Below, piece by piece: positions 43,953 through 44,135 of a stretch of DNA of 44,135 nucleotides; the stretch's first letter is position 1, and each line of letters starts with the position of its first letter. This DNA comes from Candidatus Hermodarchaeota archaeon (lineage in GTDB: Archaea; Asgardarchaeota; Hermodarchaeia; Hermodarchaeales; Hermodarchaeaceae). The notes beneath the pieces are model-generated. The model was given only the letters and a program-made list of their open reading frames with translations, had not been told where the DNA came from and made no database searches. Location: positions 1 through 44,135 of the forward strand of contig JAEOTB010000066.1 of the NCBI GenBank assembly GCA_016840065.1, given 5' to 3'. A program made the position numbers and the translations under genes.

Positions 43953-44135
43953 AAGAAGGAGCGACAATCGCAGAAATCGGAGGAACAAACCCAGTGATTC
44001 TAGGATACATTCTTAGCAGCGAAGACGGCTTGGTTATTCATTACGACTTCTTTCCAAGTGGAAGAATAAAGGATATCATGGACGTTGATCTAGTTGGTGG
44101 AGCTATCTCTGCCATTTCCACCTTCACTATAGCTA
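43949..44135 (+). CDS. Roadblock/longin-like domain protein (partial; not in the ORF track)
   Basis: ATGA overlap with the MBL gene. Translation MKEGATIAEIGGTNPVILGYILSSEDGLVIHYDF...DVDLVGGAISAISTF matches the roadblock/longin strand-DGL-strand-helix pattern. Confidence 0.75.
   Translation, partial: MKEGATIAEIGGTNPVILGYILSSEDGLVIHYDFFPSGRIKDIMDVDLVGGAISAISTFTIA

Noticed and set aside
1-44135. tRNA, rRNA, IS elements, integrases, prophage
   Set aside because: None recognised by eye. A tRNAscan-SE/Infernal run would be needed to exclude small RNAs.

Overview
Gene-dense, roughly mid-GC chromosomal window, most likely from an Asgard archaeon. That assignment is inferred from a Rab-like small GTPase, a Roadblock/longin-type gene at the right edge, RING-finger proteins, 22-aa LRR proteins, archaemetzincin, archaeal TATA-like promoters and cadherin-like Ig/TM surface proteins. 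I saw no rRNA, tRNA, CRISPR array or transposase. Contents in order: a tandem array of at least 7 ATC-hydrolase/V4R-like paralogues (1-5743); an LRR protein; a wHTH regulator divergent from an NTF2-like gene across a palindromic operator; a surface aryl-sulfotransferase; a PLP class-V enzyme; a second LRR protein; two surface-anchored DJ-1/PfpI proteins; a methyltransferase/TM pair; a zinc-finger locus where an Ig-TM-RING protein and a stand-alone RING flank three B-box/multi-TM paralogues; NimA-like and AlaX genes; an Arg/acidic bipolar protein; creatininase, saccharopine-dehydrogenase-like and GNAT genes; a Rab-like GTPase convergent with a PH-like/zinc-ribbon gene; a 7-blade propeller surface protein; DUF72; archaemetzincin; two GH3 acyl-amido synthetases plus a B12 radical SAM; a rhodanese fused to a sulfur-oxygenase-reductase-like half domain; a serine hydrolase; and an MBL-fold gene coupled to a Roadblock/longin gene. 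The strongest candidates for undescribed systems are the RING/B-box membrane locus, the rhodanese-SOR-like fusion, the GH3-GH3-radical SAM cluster and the ATC/V4R-like array. All family calls come from motif recognition, not database searches.
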